Assembly: GCA_013239625.1 (NCBI GenBank)
Contig: MU053911.1
Span: forward strand, 943,590-1,007,589
From: Lama guanicoe
Lineage: Eukaryota
Direction of reading: 5' to 3'
Length of the DNA: 64,000 bases
Shown one piece after another: positions 25,496 through 39,597 of the stretch (its first letter is position 1; each line of letters begins with the position of its first letter). A model generated the notes under the pieces. The model saw nothing but the letters and a program-made list of their open reading frames with translations, was not told the origin of the DNA and did not search any database. Position numbers and translations under genes: made by a program.

Positions 25496-28083
25496 TAAAA
25501 TCCTCAAATGTAAACAAGCCAATATATCTTGTTTTCAATAAATTCAAAATTGGCCAGAGGTCTTAAAAAACAGTTCCATGAGGTAACCCCAAGAGCACAA
25601 TTTTCAAAAAACTATAAAAATCAGCCACAAGGGGTGGGAAAGATGGCCCCTTTTCACTGTCAACTCTTCCATCTTGCAAAGTGTACCGTCAAGAAGTCAT
25701 CCAGGTAAGAGTGTCTGTACGCGGGCGTCACCTGCTGAGAGCGACCCTGGGGGCGAGAAGATTAGCTTGGCAAGTTGCTCAGCTCCTCCCTGAAGCTGTG
25801 GAAGCAGCATCTGGTCACTGAAGGGACACCAAGAGGACAAGAGGACGTACAAGTCTCCCTCCTCCCTCCCGGAAGCTAATTAGCAGCGATGCCCACGTGT
25901 AAGTCAACCCAGGAGGAAGAAGACAGAAGTGAGGGGGATCCGAGAGCAGGAGGTTGTCACATGACAGAGCTGTGCATCAGGGATGCAGGATCTAGAGGAG
26001 GCGTCCAGAGAAGGTCAAACCAGCGTGTCCCATGGGCACAAGTCTGTGCTCTTCCAACGTCGTATTATTGGATGAAACAGACTTTAAACATGAAACCAGT
26101 GTCACCCAGAATCCAGCAGACGGGTCATCTTCGCTGAATGAAAATTTGGACCTTTAGAATAAACACCGTCCCAGAAACTAACATGGCCGTATTAACTGAA
26201 ACTTTTAGTGATGGATTTGACATAAACATTAAACTGTATTCATTTATCTGGACTGAAAATGTGGCTATAAAATAATCTCATTCACTTTTAGGAAAATTGA
26301 GTGAACTTCCAAGTTAAATATTTACAGAACTCTCACTATAACATCCAAATATTTAACAATAAATGAATTTATTAACAGGGAAAGTTTCATGTGTATATTA
26401 ATATTTCATTGGCATGCGGGGAACATTCTGACCAATTCCACTCTCTCGACTTGTCTTGTCAAGAATGTTCTTTGTCAGACCAATTGCTTCGCTTTCAGTT
26501 GCTGTCAGTAAATCATCATCAACTTACAATTAATTTGTGAAATGTTTTAATAGTTTTCTGATTTTTAACCAATTATTTTATCTGGTGTGGAAGATGTTTT
26601 TAAATGCTAACAGCAAAGCACTTTACAGCTGCATTGGTCGCAGTTGTATCTCACCTCGTAAGGACGCCAGCACTTACAAGGACTCACGGTGCCCTAAGAG
26701 CTACAGTCCAAACAGGGCCCCCCCGCACACCCCCAAATCCAGAGGCTTTATGGAAACCACCTACATGCCGTTTCTCACAATTCAGAGGTGTGTCCACGTC
26801 CAAGTAGTGTCATGGGCTCTGTGATGCCAGCCCAAAACTCGGAGGGTAACATTGCCCCAGAGACTGGGCAGCCCTCCAGAGGCGGAGCAACGGCAGGGCG
26901 GCGAGTGTGAGCGCCCTGTGAGTCTTCACTCTCAGGTTCCTTTCGTTTCTATTCGAGCTGGTCAGTAACATGAAGGCAACCCTCGCCCCCGTTGTATAAA
27001 TTGGGTGGGATTGCCGAAGAGATAACTTTGGCATTTTGCCTGGCGTGACGCATCTCCCCCAGAGCCACAAAGGGACGGCGCAGACGGAGAGCACTCCCTG
27101 AGGACAGTGGACCAGCTTTACACACTACACTCCGGAAACATCAGAAATTCTAGAAGATAAAGATTTTGACTGGAATGAACAGGAAACAGCAAAAATTTAA
27201 TCTCTCCTGGTGTCAGCCTCAAAATTATAATTCACTAGACACAAATGTTTTGCAAAAAAGTAATTAGCAATGAACTTCAGACTATGTTGAAACTGTTCAG
27301 GAAAAAAAATGATACCGTAACATTTTGCACACTATTTGCAGCCAAGACCCCAAAACTTATACAGACAGGAATTCTGGCTGCTTGGCACTTTGGCGCTATA
27401 GAGACCAGGCTGAATGCTGGGCTGTGAAGGGAGTAAGTCCCAGAAACTCGCACTCACGTAGACCTGATCTGCTGACCTTGAAGTGCCCAGGCACGAGTGC
27501 GCCACACGTCCAGGGCTGCTCAGATGAGGAGACAGAAGCCCGGCTCGTGGGAGGCATACTAAGTTATGCCTTTGTTTAAGTTCAAAGCTAAATTCATTGG
27601 TAAATACACAATATGTAAAGGCCTTCATTTTGTACAAAATCCAAATGATATCCCCCAAAAGGAACTAAGACTCCTGCTGCCCGCCGCTCGGTCACACCCC
27701 CTCTGCAGACGTAACTGCTGGCCCCAGGCTCGAGCGTGACAGTGTGTCGTGTGTGTGCGTGATGTGTCGTGAGGTCCCTGCAGGAGTTTACTCTTTGTAT
27801 GTGGTGGGAGGTATGAAGTACGTATGGTTCAGTAACTGACTTCTTTCATTTAAGAAGCTGTCTTTTTTGGAGCATATACCCGGCTCTGCCATCTGCTGCG
27901 TAACTGCGTTGTGGTGTCCAAACACAGGCGTCTTTGTTATCACTCTCCAATAACATGCATTTCTGTATTTTCCAGTGTTCCTCTCTCATTCAAAAAGACA
28001 GTAAGAGAAACACCCTCTCCTGGGTCTAACAAACAGGCATAGACACCGAAAAGAGTGTATTTATTAGACGTGATGGCCAGATT

Positions 28084-28393
28084 GTGGTAGCCCAGTGACC
28101 AAAGGCCATCTCCATCCTTACACGTTCACTCTCTTGCAGCCTGATTGCGGCTCCTCTGGTCACATGGTCAGCTTGGCCCGCGGGACATTACCCAACGCAG
28201 CATAAGCAATGGCTCGACAAGTCCCTGTGCGGCAGGCTGCCCTCCTCCCTGCTGCCGTTTAGAAGGCTGACCCGCCTGTCAGAAGTAGCCTGGGCGAGCC
28301 TCCCGGAGGGTGGGAGCCCACACGGAACGTGATTGTTGTTTTGAAACCGCTTGTTTGGGGATAAGCTCTTACACACCAAAAGCTAACTGATGG
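28084..28393 (+). mobile_element. MLT1-type (MaLR) LTR
   Basis: Starts tgtggtag. Typical 3' end ttgttgttttgaaaccgct...aaagctaactgat. Confidence 0.6.
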
Positions 28394-29282
28394 GAAGAGA
28401 CGGAAGCCATTTGGCTACGTCATTTCATACGCCTCCAGGACAGCTTCCATCTCCCTGATCTCACAGCACAGACAAACAGTGAGGTCCCTTCCTTCACATG
28501 GAAGGAAGCCAGCTGACCAACACACATCCCAAAACGTATTCTCTTTTCCTTTTGCATAATGATTAACTGCCCTGTCCTTTTAGATCAACTTTTCTAATCT
28601 GGGCTCTCTGACATTTGGAGAGGTGTTCTGGCTAATCTGGGAGTGACAGCCCAGAGCCCCCCATGGAGAGGGACATTCTGACACCTCAGGCATGTGTCGC
28701 CACAGGCCGGCAAACCTCGGAGGGGAGACATCCTGCCTGAAGTCTGTTCTCTTGAGTTTCAGCCTGGGGGCTCATGCCCAGGCGGTCACTAAGCTATGGA
28801 TTTCAAAGTCATACAATAGAGCAGGAGGTTAAAGCCACGATTCCATGGAACTGGCAGTTGAACTGAGTACTCAAATTTCCCTTTTTAATATAGTCAACTA
28901 TTTTAAATATTTTTAAAATACATTGTGGAAAGAAAAATACAGTATTCTCTGAAGGTCCATGGAGAGTCAGACCGGGCTAATGCAAAACATTCCTGCCATA
29001 AAACACCTAGAAACACAAGACAAAAATGTGATGTAGACCTGAACTCAGAAGACAGGACGAGAAATGCCCCGCAGCCACCAATGAAGAGGGACCTGAAGGC
29101 TGGAGGTGTGAGCAGGGGAGGAAGGCCGGGAAGGGGCCAACGCCACACGTCCGGCGGGGCTGACACGTGGAATTAGCCAGAGCCACGGAAGGGCTTCCAC
29201 TCAGTGGAGGGGGTGAGCGAGCCCCACCTGCTGACCTGAGTAGGAGGCAGCCAGACGGAGCCTGTTTTCCATACTGAGGGCT

Positions 29283-29449
29283 GGGGCAGAGGGCACAGCT
29301 CAGGGGTGGAGTGCGTGCTTAGCATGCACAAGGTCCTGGCTTCAATTCCCAGCACCTCCATTAAAAGTGAATAAATTAATTAAAAACCTAATTACCTCTC
29401 CTCCCCTCCTCTCCCCCAAAACACCCCAAAAACAAACAAACAAATATTA
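29283..29449 (+). mobile_element. tRNA-derived SINE
   Basis: Same family (gcttagcatgcacaaggtcctgg). TSD actgagggc on both sides. Confidence 0.85.
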
Positions 29450-29644
29450 ACTGAGGGCATGTGGAATTAGAACCCATTTACACAGCACACCTGGTACCAG
29501 AAACCACATACCCTTTTCCCCGCAAAATTCACTACCCAGTTAAGCTACCATTTAGGAGTGAAAGCAGAACACAGACATTTCAAACTAAACGGTGTATCTC
29601 AGGAAGGACACTGAACTCAGAAGGAAGTAGCGGACATAAAAGGT

Positions 29645-29812
29645 AAGGGTCATACAGCACAGGAAACCAAGTTCAACACCTTGCACTAACCCGTAATGGA
29701 AAAGAACGTGAAAACGAATATGCGTACATGTATGCATGACTGGGACACAGGGCTGCACACCAGACATTGACACACTGTCACTGACTACAATTCAATTTAA
29801 AAATAAAAATAA
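29645..29812 (+). mobile_element. L1 3' tail
   Basis: cagcacaggaaac...atgactgggacacagggctgcacaccagacattgacacactg plus A tail. Confidence 0.8.
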
Positions 29813-29943
29813 AGAGTAAAGATAAGGAAGGACATTGCTCAAGGTGTGTGCAAATCTGAGTGAGCACTGATCATAGAAAAATCACAACAGTAGTAAAGAC
29901 GATGACCAGTGTGGATGGCTGGAAACGTCCAGAGCAAGCTGGC

Positions 29944-30073
29944 GGGGGAGGGTAGAGCTCAGTGGTAGAGTGTGTGCTCAGCATGCACGAGGTCCTGGGT
30001 TCCACCCCCAGTACTCTGCTGAAAAATAAAAATAAGTAAGTCTAATAGCCTCTCCTACCAAAACCAAACCAAA
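29944..30073 (+). mobile_element. tRNA-derived SINE
   Basis: agctcagtggtagag...gcatgcacgaggtcctgggttc. TSD ccagagcaagctg / ccagaacaagttg. Confidence 0.85.
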
Positions 30074-30419
30074 CCAGAACAAGTTGAAACTCTCATACTA
30101 GAAAATTGTAACACATTAGAGGAGGAGGGTGTCGGGTCAAAGCAGTCCATTTAGTGAATTACTAAGGAGGTGAACAGAGATATTGATTAACTTTATCAAG
30201 TCAAACATGGATGCTAAAAACCTGAAGTTTATTGAAAAGAATAAAAATAAAAATGTATGACTTCCAGTCCAGTAAAGAAAACTACAGAAAACTTGGTCCA
30301 ATAGAAGGCAGGAAAGAAGGTAAAAATGCTCCAGAATGAAAAGGAAAAAAGGTATGTCAAAGAGAAAGCAGAATAAAGCATAAAAATAACATCTGTATCT
30401 TCACGTAAATAAAGTATAA

Positions 30420-31117
30420 AACGTTGCATCAGTTCTAAAGTGCACACGTGTTCACATCTTAACATCTCAGAAATCAGAAAGCATATTTCAACTGATGGTG
30501 CTTAAAGCCCCCGTCGGCCGTGTGGCCCGTGCGACGTGGACGCCAGGACCGCACACACATCAAAAGAGCCAAACTTGCAGGATGGTTGTCAGCGTCTCGA
30601 AAGAAATTCCTGAAAACAATAGTGGAGCAGTACTGTAACCCTTCAGATCCAAAAGTTGTGGGGAGGAAGTGAGAAGGTGATGAATAAAACAGGTTCAACG
30701 ACATTCCCAAAGCCAGACTGCTAAAGACGTTTCTTCCACATAATTGCAAAGCCAGCTTAACAGCCAATTCTAATGGCTTTCAGCTCTCTTGAGAAATGCT
30801 GCTTTTGATAGCATGGAGAGGACAGGGCGTGGACAAGCAAAAACACTAGTGACCCTGAGCCAGAAACTAACTGAGATGAGTTAGACAATGTGACAACATT
30901 TAGAAAAAAACTCTATTGATTTATTTCACTTAAATTTATGCATAAGATTAACAAATGATTTTTAAGAATTCATAATTAATTCTAAAAGACCTTTTTTAAT
31001 AAGTTCAAAGTAAGCATGGTGTCACTTTAATTGCAATATTTTTTCTGTTTCTTAATGGCAACTAAAATAGCATTGCATCTTAAAATCAATGGCAGCTTAG
31101 AATTGATGAAGTACGGT
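30420..31117 (+). mobile_element. Kanga/Tc2-type (TcMar) DNA transposon remnant
   Basis: Inverted ends cgttgcatcagttctaaag... and ...cttagaattgatgaagtacgg. The interior resembles a decayed transposase C-terminus. Confidence 0.55.
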
Positions 31118-31124
31118 ATAATGG

Positions 31125-32255
31125 TAATCATAATAAATGTAAAGAAACTAGACTCCCCAAATAAAATACAGAGACTTACAGATTGTATTTTGAAATTCTA
31201 GTTATACGTTGTTAACAAGAGACTCACCTAAAATACAGTGACACAGAGAAATTGAAAGTAAAAGAATTGAGGGGGAGGAAGTATCTGAAAACTACTAACA
31301 ATAACAGCAGCAAAGCTTCACATAACCATCAGCAAAACTGACTTTGAGAGGGAGGAAGAAAGAGGCACACAGAGGCTTACTGCCCAATAAGGGAAGGAAC
31401 AACCCACCAGGAAACTACAACAACTGTGAACCTTCATACAGCTAGCAACACAGCCTCAAAACAGACACACACGATGTTACAGGAATGAAACGAGCTATTC
31501 ACGATTTTAGCAGGGGATTGATTTTAACTCACAGTTCTCAATAGCTGATTACAGGGTCACTGATAGAACCCTGAAGACAACAGAGAACCCATATTCTTTT
31601 CAAGCACACATGGAACATTTACAAAAATTGACGGTCAACTGAGCCACAAAATAAATCTCAAGGAAAAAAAGATTCTACATCTTACAGAACATGTTCTCTG
31701 ACCAAAGTGTAATTTTTAAAAAGCATTTCTGAATAATTCTTGGTTCAAAAAAGAAATTATAAGAAAAATTAGAAGGATTCAACAAAACCAAACACAAATT
31801 CTTTGAAAAGACTAAAACAAAATGGACAAACTTCTGGCAAGATTATTTAAGGAAACTATTCAAATGCTACAAATTATGAACAATAAGGAAATCAAACCAT
31901 AGATACAACAGGGTTTTCACAGAACTTTTGATAAAGTGGTCCTGAAATTCTCAGAGAGAAATGGGCACGAATAAACCAGTTTTGAAAAGGAAGAGTAAGG
32001 TGAGGACCTACTAGAAACTAAGGTGTATAAAACCATAGCAATTAAATATGTTATTAATGCAGTGAAAGAAAACCGATCCATGTAGCTGGCTAGAACTAGA
32101 AGTAAATGTAGGAACACAGAAGAAATGGTGTTAAAATGCAGAGAGAGAATGGATTATTTCACACCGAACATCTTAACTGGCAATGCATACGTGAAGAAGC
32201 AAAATTAGAAACCTACTAAACACAAATCATAAAAATAAACACCATATGGATTATG
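31125..32255 (+). mobile_element. Old fragmented L1 ORF2
   Basis: Endonuclease-region-like aaatgtaaa...ctccccaaataaaa.acagagact, acaagagactcacctaaaata and attcttttcaagcacacatggaacatttacaaaaattgac. Confidence 0.7.
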
Positions 32256-32261
32256 GTGCTG

Positions 32262-32718
32262 TATAGTAGGTCCTTGTTGCTTATCTGTTTTATATACAGT
32301 GATGTGTGTCTGTTAATCTCCAGCCCCTAATTTTTCATTTGCTTTTGGATGGGGGAGGTAATTAGGTTTCTTTGTTTGTTTTTAATAGCGGTGCTGGTGC
32401 ATGCCAATCACACACTCCACCACTGAGCTATACCTTCCCTCCTCCTCAACTCCTGATTTATTCCTCCCCACCCTTTCCCTTTGGTAACCATAGTTTGCTT
32501 TCTATATGTCCGGGAGTCTGATTTTGGTTTGTAAATAGAATTTGTATCCTTTTTTTTAGATTCTGCATATAAGTGATATCATATGATATTTGTCTTTCTC
32601 TATCTGACTTACTTCACTCAATATGATCATCTCCAGGTCCATCCATGTTGCTGCAAATGGCATGATTCCATTCCTTTTTATGGCTGAGTAGTATTCCATT
32701 TCTTTATCCAGTCATCTG
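32262..32718 (-). mobile_element. L1 3' end
   Basis: catataagtgatatcatatgatatttgtctttctc...ccatccatgttgctgcaaatggc...tggctgagtagtattccatt. Confidence 0.85.
32340..32445 (-). mobile_element. tRNA-derived SINE, internally deleted, nested in an L1 3' end
   Basis: ccactgagctatacc (reverse A box) and gggggaggtaattaggttt tail. Flanks ccctaattt / tcctgattt. Confidence 0.75.
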
Positions 32719-32797
32719 TAAAACATGACTTCTAATCTCTATCTTGCAGATTTTCCTTGAGGCTTAGACAGGAGGAAGGCAGAGATGGATACAGTCG

Positions 32798-33325
32798 TGT
32801 GGCAGAGTGTTGGTTGCCTTACCAACACGCATCTCCCCTTCCTTCTTCCTTTCTCATAACCCTAATTTTTTTCAGTTATTTGCCCTACTCCACCCGGCCA
32901 GATACTTTCTCAGCTCCAGAAGATAGGGCAACCTGATTTCTTTAAGTCAAGTGTGGTAATTCTTTCATCAATGGTCTAAGAATGGGGATTCATCCCAGTA
33001 TAACCTAACCAATGAAGTCTTCCAGGAGAGTCTGGGAGCGCATCCTTCACCTAGGAAAGAGAAAAGGAGCGACATACCCCCATCGTTGTTTTTTCGCTGT
33101 CCCTCATCGGGACACTGTCTCTGGATGTGAAGCCATCCCCTGACCCTGAGGTCACCAGCACCACACCCTAAGGGAGGCAGGATGGAAAGAGAAAGAACCT
33201 GAGCCCTGTGCCAACCAACCTGGGAATCCCCCTACCTCAGGACCACCTGCTGCGTGAGACAACAACTCTCCATCTCGCACGAGCCAGTCTGAGTGGGGTT
33301 AATGGCTGCTAGTTGCCACAACGTC
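32798..33325 (+). mobile_element. Old MLT1-type LTR
   Basis: tgtggcaga start and MLT1-like 3' part (cctacctcaggac...tgagacaacaa...gagccagtctgagtggggtt). Confidence 0.5.
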
Positions 33326-36300
33326 CAACATGATGAGGGTCAAGCCCTGAGCCACACACCGGAGGCATGCAGAAACCAGTACTTACCATAGTTACTCCGC
33401 TCTGGCCTGGCCCGCCCAGTCTCCTCGCCACCCCTCCGCACATCACCGACGCAACACAGATCAAACTACTTTCCATCCTTGTTCCGGTCACTTCCGCTTT
33501 TAAGTGAACGAACTACTCCCGGTGGTAACTATTAGCACAGAATCCAAACTTCGCTTTCTCAGTACAGTTTTTACGGCTCACTTGGGGGATTCAGGAACAA
33601 GGTTCGCATTCACCATCCTGCAATTATGAATTGTAGGTTGGGATTCACTCTGTTTAGTTACACCCACGCTTTTTATTCTAATCAAAAAAAAATTAGGATG
33701 TCTAATTTCAATGAATTATCTTCCAGCAGAAACCTTGATCTTTTATTACCACACAGCAGTCAAACTCCAATAGAATCCTAATAGGAAATGAACCCTTTCA
33801 GATTTTTGAGTGATAAAACACAAAGTGAATCTTTCTTTTCTGTTTATTTTGAGACTGGAGGACAAGGTATCACAAATGAAGACACGGTGCCACAGTTGAT
33901 GTAGACATTTTTAGAAATACGAATTAATTCAGAGACCACACGGATCCCATTGGAAACACAATGATTTAATCATCAACAGGGTACTAGGCCAACAGGTAAA
34001 AACAGGAATCCTTCCTTTTTAGCACCAAAGTAGCAGATCGTGACAAAGCCAGCATGACTGAAGGAGAGGTCCCCTCCCGAAGCGGCAGTGGCTGAGGCAG
34101 ACTTGCGGACGAGGTGGGCTAATGTGTGGTGTGACAAGGTGGGGTGGTGTCTGGTGTGTTTCTTCCCGGAGAGCAGCCTGTCCTGGCAGGTCAGCAACCA
34201 CGTCCCACTGAAAGGCTTGTGGGCAGGACTTGGTGAGGAAGGAGCTCCCGGAGCCAGCATCTGCAGAAGAAAGGCAACTGCAAGGTCAGTCCAGGAGCCA
34301 CTCGGTCCTTACACCACAAGCATCTCCCTGAGAACGTGGAGTGATGGCAAGAGAATTAGGTCCAGAAAGCGAAAGTGAGCAAAGACACCAAGTGCTAGTG
34401 GAAAGATAAAGAATGGAAACTCGAATCTTCCTGGGGGTGCAAGTCTCCAGAAACGGGCTTGGTGGGGGCCCCAGCGGCAGGGAGTCGGCATCCCCACAGC
34501 CTGAGACGCCGGCCGACCCTGGGAGGCCGTGTTCTCCGCAGGATCCTGGGAGCCAGTCGGGCCACAGGGCTCTGGAAACCGCACAGGTGAGGAGCAAGCG
34601 CTCCTCTCGGCTCGTGCTCCCATCCGTGTAGGAAGCCAGTCCTTCAAGTAATTACCCTGCAGGGAGTTTGCCCGAGAGCAGGACGTGAGCAAACACTAAA
34701 CCACCCAGCTCGTCCTGCCCGACGAGTGCTTCCCCAGCTGGCGACGGGCCCTAAAGGCAACTGGGTTTCTGATGCGGAACAGGCTTGACTCAAGCAAAAT
34801 ACGCTGCTCAGGAAATAAATAACTGGAACCTAATTAACAGATCCCACCTGCTGTGGCTTTGGGGGAAGGGGGAGGAGGGAGGGCTCCTGCTTTGCTGATA
34901 ATTAGCACACAAAGGGCATAAGCATCCTCTTCAGAGGCTGCTGGGCTCCCAGCCCTTGACCTTGGGCACAGACCTTCATCTCAAAGAGATGTGGGCCTCT
35001 GTTTTCAGCTGAGAAGGCCTCCGGGTTCGAGCAGACACCCCAGCTCGCCTCCCAGAGGCTTTTCCCCTGCCCTCTCCCTTGATGGCCGAGCCCCAGTTTT
35101 GCTCAAGGGACCCCTCCTTGGCCAGGCCAGGGCTCAGTGATGTGGCCTGTGACCCAGTGGTGACCCATGAGGAGTAAGAGGCAGTCCCTTCCAGGAAAGC
35201 CTTCTGGGTGCTTGCAAAGGGACCCAGGAAGAGTAAACACCACGGGGATGACCTCGTGTCATGGGCAATAGATTGGATCAGCCTAGGGCAAAACTGGACA
35301 CTGTGCCCAGGTCAGGCAAAACTGGTGACACCTGGGCCTCCACCTCCCATGCTAATTCTACAGCCTTCTAATGACAAAGTCCCCCTCCTTCCTTCCCTCA
35401 CCCCCTTCAAAACCGCAATTCTCAACCAGAAGGACAGCTCTGGGACAGATTTTAAGAGGATACAACCAAAGGTGAGGACAATGAGTCAATCTGTGAATCA
35501 GCTCCGACATACTGTGGCCATCTGTGTGGCAGAAAGAGTGCAAAGGCCTGGTCCTCGCTCTTCAGTCATTTTGGTCCATGTAAGGAGAAAAGACAAAATC
35601 CATAAAATAAAGAACAGAAGAAAATGACACATAATAAATGCTAAATCCAGGGTTGTTTCAAGATAATTTTTTCTCAGTATAAAATTCAGATCATTATAAA
35701 AAAGAAAGAAAAGCAAAATCACTCCTACTCACTTCAACTCAGACATAACTCTAGGCAACATTCTGACGCGCTTCCTTCTAGTCTTTTTTCTCTTCATGCA
35801 TAGTAACAGCTGGGCTTACACCATACAGTTTCATAGCCTGCTTTGTTTCACTTAATAGTGTGTGTTGAACACATTCTAGACGAGGGTTTTTCAAACTGCA
35901 CTCTACTGGACTGTGTTTTGAAAAAGCAGATCAGTCATTCAGATTAATGGTGTGATATTATTCTAAAAGACACATTAACGCATCCATTGTTTCTTATTTT
36001 ATTGTATGAATTATTATACATATTATAAACTGTAAGGTTACGCCTACATAAGCACACTTGTTCCTGAGAGCAAGCAAGACACACACCAGAAAAATAAGTC
36101 AAATGCTGTCGCCAGTTGAATAAAAATTATATCTGTTCACCTGGATCTGGTCAAAGACAAAGTGGAAAGACGTGTCACTGTCATCTCCACCACCTCCATG
36201 CCCTCAGCACCCTGGTAATTATTATCTGTATCACTAATGTAAATTTGATTATCGTTTCAGACCACCATCTTAAATGGATCAGTGTTACCAGAAGTAAACC

Positions 36301-36759
36301 CTGGCACCAAAATGTTTTTGATACAAAGCTTCTTTCACATCCATAAGCCCTTCAGAGATGAGATTCAATACAGTTTCTCCTCCATTATATTTAAGTGTGT
36401 CAATACCCAAAAAAGTTACACGATATAAGACTAAAAAGAAGAAAGAAAGAAAGGAAAAAATACTCAAGTTCCAGAATCGTATCGATGTTTTTAAGGAAGT
36501 CTCCAAAAGGGCGGGGAGGGGCTTAACAAAAAGGAACTGAGTTACACTACACAGTTTACACACATTATAAATAAAACAAGTCGTAAACTGACATTTAATT
36601 CACACCACTGTACAGAGAACTTCAAAAGGGGGAAAAATGAGGATATCAAGGTTTTCTTGGATCTAGATCATACTTAATTCATAGCCCTGAACAAAATACT
36701 CTGGAAGACGAGGCATGTTGGTAAATGACGCCGTTTGAAAGTTAATCTCAAACAGTAAC

Positions 36760-37450
36760 GTACCGCCGCCTGCTGTGTGTCTGCCCTGCGCGCCAAGGCG
36801 CCCGGACCGCCCACCGCCCATCTCAGCTGCCGTCAGAGCCTCCCCCGCCAGCCGACCCTGCAGCTGGCGTGTGACAGGTCCAGACCAGTGTGACCCGAGG
36901 GCAAGGATTTTCTCCTGCAGGAGGCGAGCTGCCCAGGGCGAGGTCCCACCACTCCGCCTGCTTTGGCTGCTGTCCTGTGAAACGTGGTGATTCAGCCGCG
37001 GGAGGCCCCACGCAGCCCAAAGGGAAGCCAAGAGCCCAGAGCAGGCCTGCAGGCCTCACGCCGCTGCGCGGAGGGACCCGAAGGCGGCCTCCGATCCCGG
37101 CTGTGCCGGCGCGCGAGCTCAGCCGTGTCCTCCCTGGCTAAGTCAGTCTTCCTTAGAGGTCTTCATTCACCTCATGGTTCCCAAACCAATGCACAAGGCA
37201 CCCTGTGTCGTGAGAGTTGCAGCATCTGGCCCATATTTCAGTGTCAATGAGGTAGGGGAAATCAATGATTTTTTTAAAACATATTTTACAATCGTTATAA
37301 AGTTAAATGACAGCGAGGCTGCCATTTTCCAAAATGGCAGCTCCACGTAGGGTGGGAATCCCTCCCGGCCAGCGGCCAGCGGCACAGACCTGCGCAGGTG
37401 CCTCCATCCCTCCGCCACGCGCCTTGTTGACCGCAGACTGAGCCTCTTCC
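36760..37450. promoter_or_regulatory. Small CpG island / candidate enhancer about 4 kb upstream of FZD8
   Basis: CpG-rich, non-repetitive-looking sequence flanked by AT-rich DNA. Confidence 0.5.
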
Positions 37451-37806
37451 TAGTGGTGGAGAAAACGCAAGACCTCTCGTGGAGCTGAATATTAATATGG
37501 AAGAATATAAAAATAATCTCCCGCATTTTAATTCTAACAGATTGAAGCAAGACCTGTTAACCTTTACCTTTCTTTCCATCTATGGTGGGTGACTCAAGAC
37601 ACAATTCTTCCAAAGACAGATTCTGAAACACCAAGAAATTCCAATATTACTCGACAGAGTTTTATATTGTCTAACAATATAGACTTTGATCGTTTCCCCA
37701 AAAGAAGCTTTCATTTAATGCCCGAGGAATTGTGTTAGTTACTGAAGGGTTGTCTGTTCAGCCTCTGCAAAGCGTCATTCTATTGGTACATGTTAGACCC
37801 GCTCAT

Positions 37807-37899
37807 GGGGAGGGCACAGCTCAGTGGCAGAGCGCATGCTTAGCATGCACGAGATCTGGGTTCCATCCACAGCACCTCCATTAAAAATAAATAAATAAA
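37807..37899 (+). mobile_element. tRNA-derived SINE (short form)
   Basis: ggggagggcacagctcagtggcagagcgcatgcttagcatgcacgag followed by a (taaa)n tail. Confidence 0.85.
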
Positions 37900-39597
37900 T
37901 AGACTCACTTGTATCAAGAATTTTAGGTTAGACTTTTAAATTAAAATCCACTGAAACGTAATTTCCCCAAAGTTTCTTAAGTTGGTGACATTTAATATAC
38001 TGATGGTCTCCTATCCAGCTAGGTATCCGATGTTTGGCAAAATATCCCCTCCCTTGAGTTAGAGTCATGCCTTCAACTTGTTTATATTATTGTGCTCATG
38101 GGCTATTCAGTAACAAGACATCTGTTCAGAAATCCCTCTAGAAAGTTTCCTGCATTATTTATGTCACCACTTAAGCTATTTCCCCTCCCTTAAAAAACAG
38201 CTGCTTTACATACAAAAGAAAAAATCATTATTTAGCCAGCGATGTGGATAAATGATTCTGGTTTCTTTTCGCTGACCCATCATTGCCTTTTACAGACTAA
38301 TTGGCTTCCTAAGTCTCTTCTGCTCTCAAAGATTGTCAAGTTGCCATTTAATTTAATACTAAAATGTAAATGCTATTCTTATTTCCCCTCAATTAAAAGT
38401 AAATGTTTAATGATTTTATGTAAATGGTTTTAATCTCACCCCAAAGAGCTTATAACATGATTTTTGAAGGCTCTGAACTTTTTGTCTGCTTTTCTCCTGC
38501 AAGCTTAATACACTTCCCCAAACTTGCCACAGTCCGCATCATCAAAGCTTTCATCTTGTCTCAAAAGAGAAAAAAGAAAAAAATTCAATGCCAATGAAAA
38601 GCCAAAATCAACTCTTTTCCGCCTCAATTTTCAAATGTCAGTTTGTTTTTACCCAATTCTAGGAAATTTATACAGTGGAATTCTAAACTCCACTATTTGA
38701 CATTTCCTGCTGAAGAAAATCAAAAGAAACTTTCCACCCTCGATGTTGCTTTTGGAAGCGAGCCCCTTCTATCTGTGGTCTCAGTGAGGCAGGGCCTAGG
38801 CTGGTCCTCAGAACGGGGACTTGCCTCCATTATTGTGCTCAGAACTCTTGTCTCCAGGTTTTACCTGATGTCACTCTGCAGTTGAATATTCTGATGGATG
38901 GTCCTCTATGGACAAGGCACCCACAGAAGAGAGGTGACTTTCTACATTCAACAAACCATGGAATTCCAATTAGAAGGAGAAGGGAAACAAATCCCATAGA
39001 AGAACAAGTAACGGTCGATTCTTTGCATTTTTGAGAACTAGAGACCATTTTCTGCCGTATCAGCTAATATTTCTGAAGCCTTTGAATTTCTGATTCCTTT
39101 GGAGTTAGTTTTTCCAAAACATAAGTGGGAAGGAAGTGTTTTGGTTTTGGGAGGCTTTTTTCCCCAGTATGAATAGGTCCTAACTAGACTTCGTTAAAAA
39201 GAAAAAAAAAAGAAAAAGATGATGGGGGTACAACTACAGCCTTGTGGATATGCCTAGAATTTGTGGTGAACATACAGAACTTGCCCCAAACCAGGGATGG
39301 GGTTGGGGGCGGAGGGAGGTTCTGCCTGGCTTTTTAGAATGCGGTTGCTAAACCAAGCTAGAGAGCCCAGGGGCAGGAGGACACAGGTTCTATGCAGTTT
39401 ACCCTTGCTGCTAGTTATTTGTTTCATGGCCAGAGTTGCTTTCAAACGGATCACCCCCACCCCCCAAAAAAACTGGCCTGGCCTCAAACGTGCCTTCGTT
39501 TAGTGCCTCCGTCCCCACGCCCTCAATAACTTTAGCTTTCTAATCGTGCTCGTTCCTGCTATGAAACCTGACAAACAGGGAAAATCTGGAAACAGAG

